Source of the DNA: Candidatus Heimdallarchaeota archaeon B3_Heim
Lineage (GTDB): Archaea; Asgardarchaeota; Heimdallarchaeia; Hodarchaeales; Hodarchaeaceae
Reading direction: 5' to 3'
NCBI GenBank assembly: GCA_003144275.1
Contig: NJBF01000074.1
Location: 1 to 9,425 of the forward strand
Length of the DNA: 9,425 nucleotides
The position numbers were made by a program, and so were the translations under genes. Positions 1 to 6,839 of the stretch are shown in pieces; position 1 is the first letter of the stretch; every line of letters begins with the position of its first letter. The notes under the pieces were generated by a model that was given only the letters and a program-made list of their open reading frames with translations, had not been told where the DNA came from and ran no database searches.

Positions 1-2
1 CA

Positions 3-155
3 ACCCGTGATAACAGGGAAGGATCTTTTCTTGCCGGATGTAATGATTATTTATTAAAACCTATTCTACCAAAAAAACTACTCGAAACCCTTTCTCCTTT
101 CCTGGATACTGAACCCAGCCATTCTGAAGAACCAGTTAAAGTATATAGGTCATAA
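3..155 (+). CDS. 3' end (5'-truncated by the window) of a response regulator or hybrid histidine kinase receiver domain
   Basis: Not in the ORF track. Frame 3 reads TRDNREGSFLAGCNDYLLKPILPKKLLETLSPFLDTEPSHSEEPVKVYRS*. AGCNDYLLKP is the canonical receiver-domain alpha4-beta5 motif with the conserved Lys-Pro. Confidence 0.85.
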   Translation, partial: TRDNREGSFLAGCNDYLLKPILPKKLLETLSPFLDTEPSHSEEPVKVYRS

Positions 156-164
156 CTATAATAT

Positions 165-257
165 TTATTCGTGTTTGATAGCATCTGCCGGATTGGCATT
201 AGCTGCCCGCACCGACAAGAAGCTAACCGTTAGCAGAGCTATGATCAATATAAGATC
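165..257 (-). pseudogene. C-terminal remnant (30 codons) of a MacB/FtsX-type ABC permease
   Basis: Minus strand reads DLILIIALLTVSFLSVRAANANPADAIKHE*, matching the typical last TM helix and tail of Bacteroidota ABC permeases (roughly ALLTVSxQSxKAAxxNPxxxLxxE*). It has no ATG of its own and there is an in-frame stop at 266-264. It begins 1 nt after the ATPase stop codon. Confidence 0.8.
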
Positions 258-258
258 G

Positions 259-942
259 TTACATTATTTTCTTTATATTTTCTGAAACAATATGACCATC
301 GAACAGCTGCACTATCCTGTGAGCATATTCGGCATCAGAAGGAGAGTGTGTTACCATTACGATAGTCGTACCATCCTTGTTTAATTCGGTTAAGAGATTC
401 ATAACTTCCTCTCCATTAGCTGAATCTAGATTACCAGTAGGCTCGTCAGCCAGAATCAGCTTTGGGTTGGCAACTACCGAACGGCAAATAGCAACACGCT
501 GCTGCTGACCTCCTGACAACTGTTGCGGGAAGTGTTTTTTTCGATGCGCTATTTTCATCCTTTCCAGGACTTCTTCTACCTTTTTTCTCCTCTCTTTCGA
601 AGGGACTTTCATATACAAGAGAGGTAATTCTACATTTTCAAAGACGGTTAACTCATCGATCAGGTTAAAACTTTGGAATACGAATCCAATGTTTCCTTTT
701 CTAAGATTCGTCCTCTTTCTTTCATTATATTTAGCCAGTTCTGCACCTTCGAAATACAATTCTCCGGAGGTTGGATTATCAAGCAATCCGAGAATATTCA
801 GGAGTGTGGATTTGCCGCAGCCGGAAGGACCCATAATAGAAACAAAATCACCATTTTCAACCTCCAGGTTTACCTTATTCAGGGCAGTTGTTTCAACCTC
901 ATCAGTCCTGAAAATTTTTACAAGGTCAACTGTTTTAAGCAT
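259..942 (-). CDS. ABC transporter ATP-binding protein, MacB/LolD family
   Basis: Walker A GPSGCGKS, Q-loop FVFQSFNL, signature LSGGQQQR, Walker B ILADEPTGNLD, H-loop MVTH. Confidence 0.95.
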   Translation of the reverse strand: MLKTVDLVKIFRTDEVETTALNKVNLEVENGDFVSIMGPSGCGKSTLLNILGLLDNPTSGELYFEGAELAKYNERKRTNLRKGNIGFVFQSFNLIDELTVFENVELPLLYMKVPSKERRKKVEEVLERMKIAHRKKHFPQQLSGGQQQRVAICRSVVANPKLILADEPTGNLDSANGEEVMNLLTELNKDGTTIVMVTHSPSDAEYAHRIVQLFDGHIVSENIKKIM

Positions 943-1077
943 GAGAATAAGTATTAAATGATTTCTATACGCAATAAAATTAAAAAAATTTTAATTATTA
1001 GATAAATGTGTGTTTTTCTTTTCTCCGTTAAAATTAATAAAATCCTTTATATCTGAAATAAAAACCTTGAAAAAAAT

Positions 1078-1130
1078 ACTCGTCTGACGACTGGAGCCTG
1101 CCTGTTCGGCAGACAGGTCGTCTGACGAGT
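1078..1130. repeat. Composite REP-like palindrome
   Basis: TCGTCTGACGA occurs twice (1080-1090, 1118-1128), and each copy is itself an interrupted palindrome. Arms 1078-1090 and 1118-1130 pair at 12/13 positions. They enclose CTGGAG plus the hairpin CCTGCCTG-TTCGG-CAGACAGG (1097-1117, 7/8 paired). GC-rich island in an AT-rich intergenic region. Confidence 0.8.
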
Positions 1131-1159
1131 GGATCATTTCGTTTTTAATAATGATTCCT

Positions 1160-1187
1160 TACTTTTGTTAACTCAGATATAAATTTG
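1160..1187 (+). promoter_or_regulatory. Bacteroidota sigma-A -7 elements upstream of mntP
   Basis: Two exact TAnnTTTG matches: TACTTTTG (1160-1167) and TAAATTTG (1180-1187). The second ends 5 nt before the ATG at 1193. Confidence 0.55.
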
Positions 1188-1192
1188 CCCGG

Positions 1193-1756
1193 ATGGATCT
1201 TTTTTCCCTGGTTATCATTGCTATTGGACTTTCATTTGATTCATTTGCCGTTTCAGTTTCAAGCGGGATAATAAAAAGCAAAATTGAATTTACTGATGCT
1301 CTCAAAATTGCATTTTTTCTGGCCTTTTTCCAGGCAATCATGCCTGTTATCGGATGGTTTTTAGGGTCTGAGATAGAAACCTATGCTGCAGAATTCGATC
1401 ACTGGATTGCTTTCGGGTTGTTGGCTCTTTTGGGTGGGAAAATGATAATTAGTAGTTTCAGGGATTCATCCATGAGTAAACCGATTGATCCGTTGAAACT
1501 TCCTGTACTTTTCAGCCTGTCGATTGCTACCAGCATAGACGCATTGATAGTCGGTATGAGTTTTGGTTTGCTGGAGGTAAACATTATTCTGGCAGTACTG
1601 GTCATTGGTAGCATAACTTTTTTTGTCTCTATGTTTGGAATATTGTTTGGGAAAAAGACGGGGACCCGGATTGGGAAAAAGATGGAAATTTTAGGTGGCA
1701 TTATTTTAATCGGTATTGGAATTAAGATCCTGTTAGAACATCTAATGATCCACTGA
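1193..1756 (+). CDS. mntP: Manganese efflux pump MntP family protein
   Basis: 187 aa, about 6 hydrophobic segments, with both DUF204 repeat motifs: GLSFDSFAVS and ATSIDALIVG. Confidence 0.92.
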   Translation: MDLFSLVIIAIGLSFDSFAVSVSSGIIKSKIEFTDALKIAFFLAFFQAIMPVIGWFLGSEIETYAAEFDHWIAFGLLALLGGKMIISSFRDSSMSKPIDPLKLPVLFSLSIATSIDALIVGMSFGLLEVNIILAVLVIGSITFFVSMFGILFGKKTGTRIGKKMEILGGIILIGIGIKILLEHLMIH

Positions 1757-1800
1757 TCCATCTGCCCCGAATTCATGTATCGGAATTTACTCTCCGCCAG

Positions 1801-1848
1801 CCCTGTGAAATAAATCGAAGATTTATTGCAAAGCAATATTTCACAGGG
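1801..1848. repeat. Perfect three-way-junction (Y/T-shaped) palindrome
   Basis: CCCTGTGAAAT | AAATC-GAA-GATTT | ATTGC-AAA-GCAAT | ATTTCACAGGG: an 11-bp outer stem and two 5-bp triloop hairpins with no unpaired junction bases. Confidence 0.9.
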
Positions 1849-1856
1849 TAAATTTG
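1826..1856 (+). promoter_or_regulatory. Putative Bacteroidota promoter for the CDF-DUF169 genes
   Basis: TTG (1826-1828), a 20-nt spacer, then TAAATTTG (1849-1856). A second exact -7 match, TAGGTTTG, lies at 1908-1915. Confidence 0.45.
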
Positions 1857-1978
1857 CGAAGCTATGTTCATATTTTTGAGGTTATAGCGGATTTTTTTAC
1901 TTTAGATTAGGTTTGATTTACCAGACTGGTTGGGGGAACACGAAACAGAGAAAATTGACAACATTTTGGAACAAAAAA

Positions 1979-2614
1979 ATGGATAAGGGAAATTTATTAA
2001 AGATTGCTTTTGCTTTAAGCATATTTACTATTGTTTATAATATCATTGAGGGTCTGGTGTCGGTTTTCTTTGGACTACAAGACGAAACCCTGGTGCTATT
2101 GGGATTTGGCACAGATAGTTTTGTAGAAGTAATTTCAGGTTTTGGTATTGCGCATATGGTTTGGCGAATGCAATCTTCAAAAGTTAAAAGGCGTGATACG
2201 TTTGAGCGACAGGCACTAAGGATAACCGGTGTTAGTTTTTACATTTTAACGATTGGATTAGTGGCAGGATCAATTATAAACATTATTGAAAAAATAAAAC
2301 CTGAAACTACCATTGTTGGAATTATCGTTTCATCCATCTCCATTGTAACAATGTATTATTTAATGCGATACAAGCTCAAGGTCGGAAGAAAACTGAGTTC
2401 GGATGCCATTATTGCCGATGCCAATTGTACCAAAACCTGTTTATATTTGTCCACTATTCTTCTTGTTTCAAGTGGATTATTTGAAATATTCAGAATAGGT
2501 TATTTGGACATTCTTGGATCCCTTGGGATTGCTTTTTTTGCATTCAGAGAAGGAAAAGAAGCATTTGAAAAGGCTAAAAGTGAAACGTTAGCTTGTTCAT
2601 GCAATACCCACTAG
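1979..2614 (+). CDS. Cation diffusion facilitator (CDF)-type transporter, transmembrane domain only
   Basis: Six hydrophobic segments with motifs YNIIEGLVS, GFGTDSFVEVISG and IIADANCTKTCLYLS. No C-terminal cytoplasmic domain; ends in CSCNTH. Start moved from the track's TTG at 1913 to ATG 1979, which follows an A-rich leader. Confidence 0.85.
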   Translation: MDKGNLLKIAFALSIFTIVYNIIEGLVSVFFGLQDETLVLLGFGTDSFVEVISGFGIAHMVWRMQSSKVKRRDTFERQALRITGVSFYILTIGLVAGSIINIIEKIKPETTIVGIIVSSISIVTMYYLMRYKLKVGRKLSSDAIIADANCTKTCLYLSTILLVSSGLFEIFRIGYLDILGSLGIAFFAFREGKEAFEKAKSETLACSCNTH

Positions 2615-2639
2615 TGGAGCAAATTAATTTCAAATAAAT

Positions 2640-3362
2640 ATGGTCATGCAGCCGAATTTCGAATACCTTGTAAACAAAATAGATCTGAATTTACCCTTGA
2701 TCGGGGTTTATGATGCTCCTGATACCATAAAGTTTGAACCATTGGTAAAACCAAAACCTGACCAAAGAGAATGTATATTTAAATTTTTTAAAGACTGGAT
2801 AAATTGGAAAACCCTTCACATCACAAAAGAAGATTACGGGTGTGGTGGTTGCGGTCATTGGCTTTGGGGTGTGGAAAATCGGGACAAGGAAAGCTTTATA
2901 AAATTTCTGGTCGACCAGGAGGGGTTAAAAGAGAGTCATAAACTAATGGATCAGTGGTTGGATACCAGAAATCCATATGAAGCCGAACATACAAATATCC
3001 TGATTGGCCCACTGAAAGAAAGCCAATATTTATTTCTGAAAACTGTTACTTTCTTCGTAAATCCTGATCAGATCAGCATTTTGATGATAGGGGCCCAATA
3101 TTTCAGCCAACCCGATGATCCGGATCCTGTAATAGCACCTTTTGGATCGGGTTGTATGGAACTTTTGCCTCTATTCAAGGACTTAAATATTCCTCAGGCT
3201 TTAATTGGTTCTACCGATATTGCAATGCGCAAATACCTGCCACCTGATCTCCTGGCATTTACCGTAACAAAACCCATGTTTGAAAAACTTTGCAAACTGG
3301 ATAAGAAAAGTTTTCTTGAAAAACCATTCTTGAAAAACTTAGAAACAGCAAGAAGGTCCTAA
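2640..3362 (+). CDS. DUF169 domain-containing protein
   Basis: Recognised from the pattern PLIGVY...ECIF...YGCGGCG...PDQISIL...APFGSGC...IGSTDIAMR...LAFTV. Lies 25 nt after the CDF stop, suggesting co-transcription. Confidence 0.75.
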   Translation: MVMQPNFEYLVNKIDLNLPLIGVYDAPDTIKFEPLVKPKPDQRECIFKFFKDWINWKTLHITKEDYGCGGCGHWLWGVENRDKESFIKFLVDQEGLKESHKLMDQWLDTRNPYEAEHTNILIGPLKESQYLFLKTVTFFVNPDQISILMIGAQYFSQPDDPDPVIAPFGSGCMELLPLFKDLNIPQALIGSTDIAMRKYLPPDLLAFTVTKPMFEKLCKLDKKSFLEKPFLKNLETARRS

Positions 3363-3448
3363 TCTTTGCATGATTTTTGAGTTTTTCTATCTTAGAATTT
3401 CCAAATTAATACTTGCAGAACGACTAGTAATTTAAGGTAATTAACAGA

Positions 3449-4699
3449 ATGAAAAATATTGATTTGAATTATAAAGACATTATTCAACGCCGGAATGATT
3501 TCCCTTCTTTAGACAGGACTCATAATGGATATCCTCTTGTTTATCTTGATGGTCCGGGGGGAACACAAGTTCCACAGCAGGTCATTGATGCAATGGTTAA
3601 ATATTACACAACCTGCAATGCAAATCATAATGGACGTTTCATAACATCACAGGAATCGGATGCAATTATTGAGGAATCGAGAGAAGCAATGGCTACTTTA
3701 TTAAATGCTGAAAGTGCCGGAAATATTTCTTTTGGGGCAAATATGACAACAATAACATTTTCCCTAAGCAAGGCAATTAGCCGAATACTAAAACCAGGCG
3801 AAGAGATCCTCATTACCCAACTGGATCATGAGGCTAACCGCGGCCCATGGTTAAACCTGCAAGAAAATGGAATAGTTGTCAGGGAAGTAAAACTAAAACC
3901 TGATGGAATCCTTGACTACGATGACTTTAAAAACAAAATAAACGAAAAAACACGATTGGCAGCTATGGGATTAGCGTCCAATGCACTGGGAACAGTCAAC
4001 AATATTCCTTTGATCCGGGAACTTACCACCCAGGTTGGGGCATGGCTGTTAATCGATGCTGTTCATTATGTTCCCCACCTTCCTGTTGATGTAAAGGAAC
4101 TGAAGGTTGATTTTTTACTCTGTTCAGCTTATAAGTTTTACGGGCCTCATGTGGGTATCTTATATTCCAAAACCGGACTTCTTGAAGAATTAAAGGCTGA
4201 CCGTTTGCGTACACAAACACAACATTCCCCTTATATCATTGAAACCGGGACACTAAACCATGCTGCATTGGCAGGTGTAAAAGCGGCTGTCGAATATATT
4301 GCTTCTTTTGGAACGGGGTCTGATTTTCGAACGAATGTTGTCACAGCGATGCAACGGATCTATTCATATGAACATAAACTGGCACATTACCTTTACGAAG
4401 GCTTAAGCGGCATAAACAGGGTTACGATTTATGGACCTTCATTCAGTGAACTAAAACGTGCACCAACCGTTTCATTTACACTGGATGGATATAAACCACC
4501 GGAGATATGCAGTTTTTTAAATGAAAAAGGAATTTGTGTCTGGGACGGGCATTTTTATGCAATCCGGCCTGTTGAGGTGTTGGGACTCCTGGAAAAAGGA
4601 GGACTTACCCGTGCCGGAATAAGCCTTTATAACACACAGGAAGAGATTAATCGCTTACTGGAAGAAATTAAAAAGATCATAAGAGCACAAACCAAATGA
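3449..4699 (+). CDS. Class V PLP-dependent enzyme, cysteine desulfurase-like (VC1184-type subfamily)
   Basis: YLDGPGGTQVP, DAVHYVPH, PLP lysine in CSAYK229FYGPH, ETGT. The SufS persulfide loop RxGHHCA is replaced by WDGHFYA (Y370, codon 4556-4558). Confidence 0.88.
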   Translation: MKNIDLNYKDIIQRRNDFPSLDRTHNGYPLVYLDGPGGTQVPQQVIDAMVKYYTTCNANHNGRFITSQESDAIIEESREAMATLLNAESAGNISFGANMTTITFSLSKAISRILKPGEEILITQLDHEANRGPWLNLQENGIVVREVKLKPDGILDYDDFKNKINEKTRLAAMGLASNALGTVNNIPLIRELTTQVGAWLLIDAVHYVPHLPVDVKELKVDFLLCSAYKFYGPHVGILYSKTGLLEELKADRLRTQTQHSPYIIETGTLNHAALAGVKAAVEYIASFGTGSDFRTNVVTAMQRIYSYEHKLAHYLYEGLSGINRVTIYGPSFSELKRAPTVSFTLDGYKPPEICSFLNEKGICVWDGHFYAIRPVEVLGLLEKGGLTRAGISLYNTQEEINRLLEEIKKIIRAQTK

Positions 4700-5769
4700 C
4701 AGAGAAAACACACATAAAAGTACTATTGATCGGGTTTGGCAATGTTGGGCAAAAAATTGCCGATATTATCGTATTCGAAAAAAATAAATTTTCAGCACTC
4801 AACGGTTTAAAGATAAATATCGTTGGTATCATCACAAGATCCAAAGCGTCATTAGTCAATCAAAAAGGCGTAAACATAAGCAGAGCCCTGAAGGAAATCA
4901 AAAGCACAGAGTCTTTTTTACCCTCCAACCCTGACTTCTGTCAAATGAATGGTTGCCGGGCCACTGAAAAACTGGATTATGATGTAATGGTCGAACTTTC
5001 AACCCTGTCGATTGAAAAAAAAGGTGAGCCCTCAATCTCTTATGTTGAGAAGTCCCTTACCAGGGGCAGGCATGTGGTTACGGCAAACAAAGGACCGGTA
5101 GCTTTTGCTTTCCAAAAACTAAAACGCCTTGCCGGGGAAAATAATGTTCAATTTCTTTGCGAATCGACTGTAATGGATGGAGCCCCGGTGTTTAACCTCG
5201 CCAGGAATAATTTGAAGGGATGTAAAATAACCGGCCTTTCGGGGATATTGAACTCCACCACGAACTATATTCTGTCAAGAATGGAAACAGGAGAATCTTT
5301 TAATGAAGCTTTGAAAACCGCACAAGAAAAGGGTATTGCTGAGGCTGAAATAAAAAACGATATTGATGGATGGGATGCTGCTGCCAAAATTGTTGCCCTG
5401 TCCAATGTGCTTATGGGAGCTGACATAACTCCACCGGATATCTCCCGGGAAGGGATCAGTAAAGTCACTCCTGAAAGAATTAAAAACACCTTAAAAAGGA
5501 ACAAACATTTAAAATTGATTTGCTATTCTAAAATTGAAGACGGGCTGGTAAAAGCATCTGTCAGGCTGGAAGAAATATCTCAGAATCATCCTTTTGCTCT
5601 GGTCTCGGGGATGGGCAACATTTTAAGAATTGAAACTGATTTAATGGGACCGATCTTTATTACACAGGAAAATCCTACCCTATATGATACGGCTTATGGG
5701 GTACTTGAGGATCTGTTAACTATTCAGGACCACTACTTGCCAAGTTTCAGAGACATCTCAAAGCCATAA
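4696..5769 (+). CDS. hom: Homoserine dehydrogenase, stand-alone, no aspartokinase or ACT domain
   Basis: Rossmann motif GFGNVG, TANKGP, ESTVMDGAP, GILNSTTNYIL and catalytic segment DIDGWDAAAK. ATGA overlap (4696-4699) with the upstream gene. Confidence 0.88.
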   Translation: MTEKTHIKVLLIGFGNVGQKIADIIVFEKNKFSALNGLKINIVGIITRSKASLVNQKGVNISRALKEIKSTESFLPSNPDFCQMNGCRATEKLDYDVMVELSTLSIEKKGEPSISYVEKSLTRGRHVVTANKGPVAFAFQKLKRLAGENNVQFLCESTVMDGAPVFNLARNNLKGCKITGLSGILNSTTNYILSRMETGESFNEALKTAQEKGIAEAEIKNDIDGWDAAAKIVALSNVLMGADITPPDISREGISKVTPERIKNTLKRNKHLKLICYSKIEDGLVKASVRLEEISQNHPFALVSGMGNILRIETDLMGPIFITQENPTLYDTAYGVLEDLLTIQDHYLPSFRDISKP

Positions 5770-5898
5770 AAAATGTTGGATACTTGAGATTCGCCAAATT
5801 GAGTAGATTTCTGATCTGTCATTGAACAACCTTTAATCAGTGGAATATCTCGAGCGGAACTAAGTATTCCGATGATAGTCCGTTTTGTATATTTAAAA

Positions 5899-6267
5899 TT
5901 AAACATTATTACGGTTAGAACTTGTAATTGAAGTTTTTATTCCTAAAATTTGTCTTTTGTCAGACAGTCGTCTCTTTGCCAGGAAATGGTCGATGGCTTT
6001 TACAGGATGCGAGAGTATCATCCTGGGACCGGCAAAACGCATTACTCTTCTGATCTCTTCCCGCTTGTCTGATTTATAACAATGAACCGTACATCCTGTG
6101 CATAATGGCTTTTCCCGGCCAAACGGACAACACTTAATCCGGTTTAAGGAATAATCATAAAGATCAAGACAGTCCAAACATAATGATTTTGTTTGATGAA
6201 AATAGCGGCAATACATGCGGATCATTACACCAATCGTCTCCTTTTCTCTGTCAAGCCTGGATTTCAT
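5899..6267 (-). CDS. ygbA: YgbA family (nitrous oxide-stimulated promoter) protein
   Basis: REKETIGVMIRMYC...CLDCLDL...CPFGREKPLCTGCTVHCY...IRRVMRFAGPRMILSHP is the characteristic YgbA Cys pattern. ATGA overlap (6264-6267) with the cupin gene. Confidence 0.9.
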   Translation of the reverse strand: MKSRLDREKETIGVMIRMYCRYFHQTKSLCLDCLDLYDYSLNRIKCCPFGREKPLCTGCTVHCYKSDKREEIRRVMRFAGPRMILSHPVKAIDHFLAKRRLSDKRQILGIKTSITSSNRNNV

Positions 6268-6590
6268 TTGATCATTGTAAGGATCATTTTGAATTTTTCC
6301 TTCGCTTCCACAGCGTGAGGTATATTAGCTGGCATGATAATTGACTCCCCGGCATTAAGTTCATATGGTTTCCCCTCAATGATAATGGTTGCTTCACCTT
6401 CAACAACCTGAACCAACGCATTAAACGGGGCAGTATGTTCGCTTAGGCTTTCTCCTTTGTCAAAAGCAAACAGGGAAATATTTCCTGTATCCTTTTTTAT
6501 CACATTTTTACTCACAATTCCACCAGAAGAATATTCCACTTTAGCAGGAAATGAAAAAATGCTGCTTGTTTCAAAATCAATGTTTGACAT
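6264..6590 (-). CDS. Cupin domain protein
   Basis: FAFDKGESLSEHTAP...VEGEA...MPANIPHAV cupin metal motifs. The likely start is ATG 6590 (A-rich leader) rather than 6638. Confidence 0.9.
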   Translation of the reverse strand: MSNIDFETSSIFSFPAKVEYSSGGIVSKNVIKKDTGNISLFAFDKGESLSEHTAPFNALVQVVEGEATIIIEGKPYELNAGESIIMPANIPHAVEAKEKFKMILTMIK

Positions 6591-6642
6591 AATACATAAT
6601 TTTTTAGTTAAGGGAAATCTTGTAATTTCTTTGTTCATCTTT

Positions 6643-6837
6643 TACTCCAATCAATTGCGAATAATGGAGTATTGTGCCATAGGCACTCCTTCGGAGGAAT
6701 GATTGTTAATAATCAAATTAAAGTAAATAATCTTAGTATTCCAGTATTACTCACTCCCACATGGCCACAATCACGGTCCTGCTCGTGAGACATTCTGTTC
6801 GCTTTGCTCACAGAATGGTTCCAACATTCCAATACCT
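6643..6837. repeat. Composite REP/MITE-like structured intergenic element
   Basis: 8-bp-period units (TTCCAACA TTCCAATA at 6819-6834; AGTATTCC AGTATTAC at 6735-6750; TACTCCA/TGGAGTA at 6643-6649 and 6665-6671). Hairpins GTGCC-ATA-GGCAC (6674-6686), CTCC-TTC-GGAG (6686-6696) and CATTCTGT-TCGCTTTGCTC-ACAGAATG (6791-6817). Confidence 0.65.
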
Positions 6838-6839
6838 TC

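Noticed and set aside
673-961. Plus-strand ORFs 673..957 and 689..961
   Set aside because: Antisense shadows of the well-supported ABC ATPase; no recognisable motifs.
1078-1130. CRISPR array or insertion-sequence ends
   Set aside because: Only two 11-bp repeats with a 27-nt self-complementary spacer; no cas or transposase gene in the window.
1754-1813. Selenocysteine or readthrough at the mntP TGA, given the downstream structure
   Set aside because: MntP homologues end here; the extension (SICPEFMYRNLLSASPVK*) is short and featureless, and the hairpin is not at SECIS spacing.
1399-1836. Minus-strand 145-aa ORF
   Set aside because: Shadow of mntP that runs into the palindromic region.
1902-1920. 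DtxR/MntR-like box TTAGATTAGGTTTGATTTA upstream of the CDF gene
   Set aside because: Only 12/19 matches to the DtxR consensus, nearly all in one half, and not palindromic. It is better explained by the overlapping TAGGTTTG promoter motif.
1913-1978. Longer starts in the ORF track (1913, 6638, 7811, 8669)
   Set aside because: The extensions are non-homologous or overlap promoter/operator sequence. Downstream ATGs at 1979, 6590, 7763 and 8678 have A-rich leaders and family-typical N-termini.
3449-4699. Annotation as sufS, iscS or csdA
   Set aside because: The catalytic Cys loop is absent, the N-terminal motif is DGPGGTQ rather than DNAAT, and there are no Fe-S assembly neighbours.
3625-5504. 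Minus-strand ORFs 3625..3813, 4023..4220, 4677..4859 and 5265..5504
   Set aside because: Short antisense shadows of the PLP enzyme and HSD genes.
5770-5898. Gene remnant or terminator between hom and ygbA, including GGAATA...TATTCC (5842-5870)
   Set aside because: The frames I translated resemble no known protein. The stem is only 6 bp with a long loop and no U-tract; at most a degenerate repeat.
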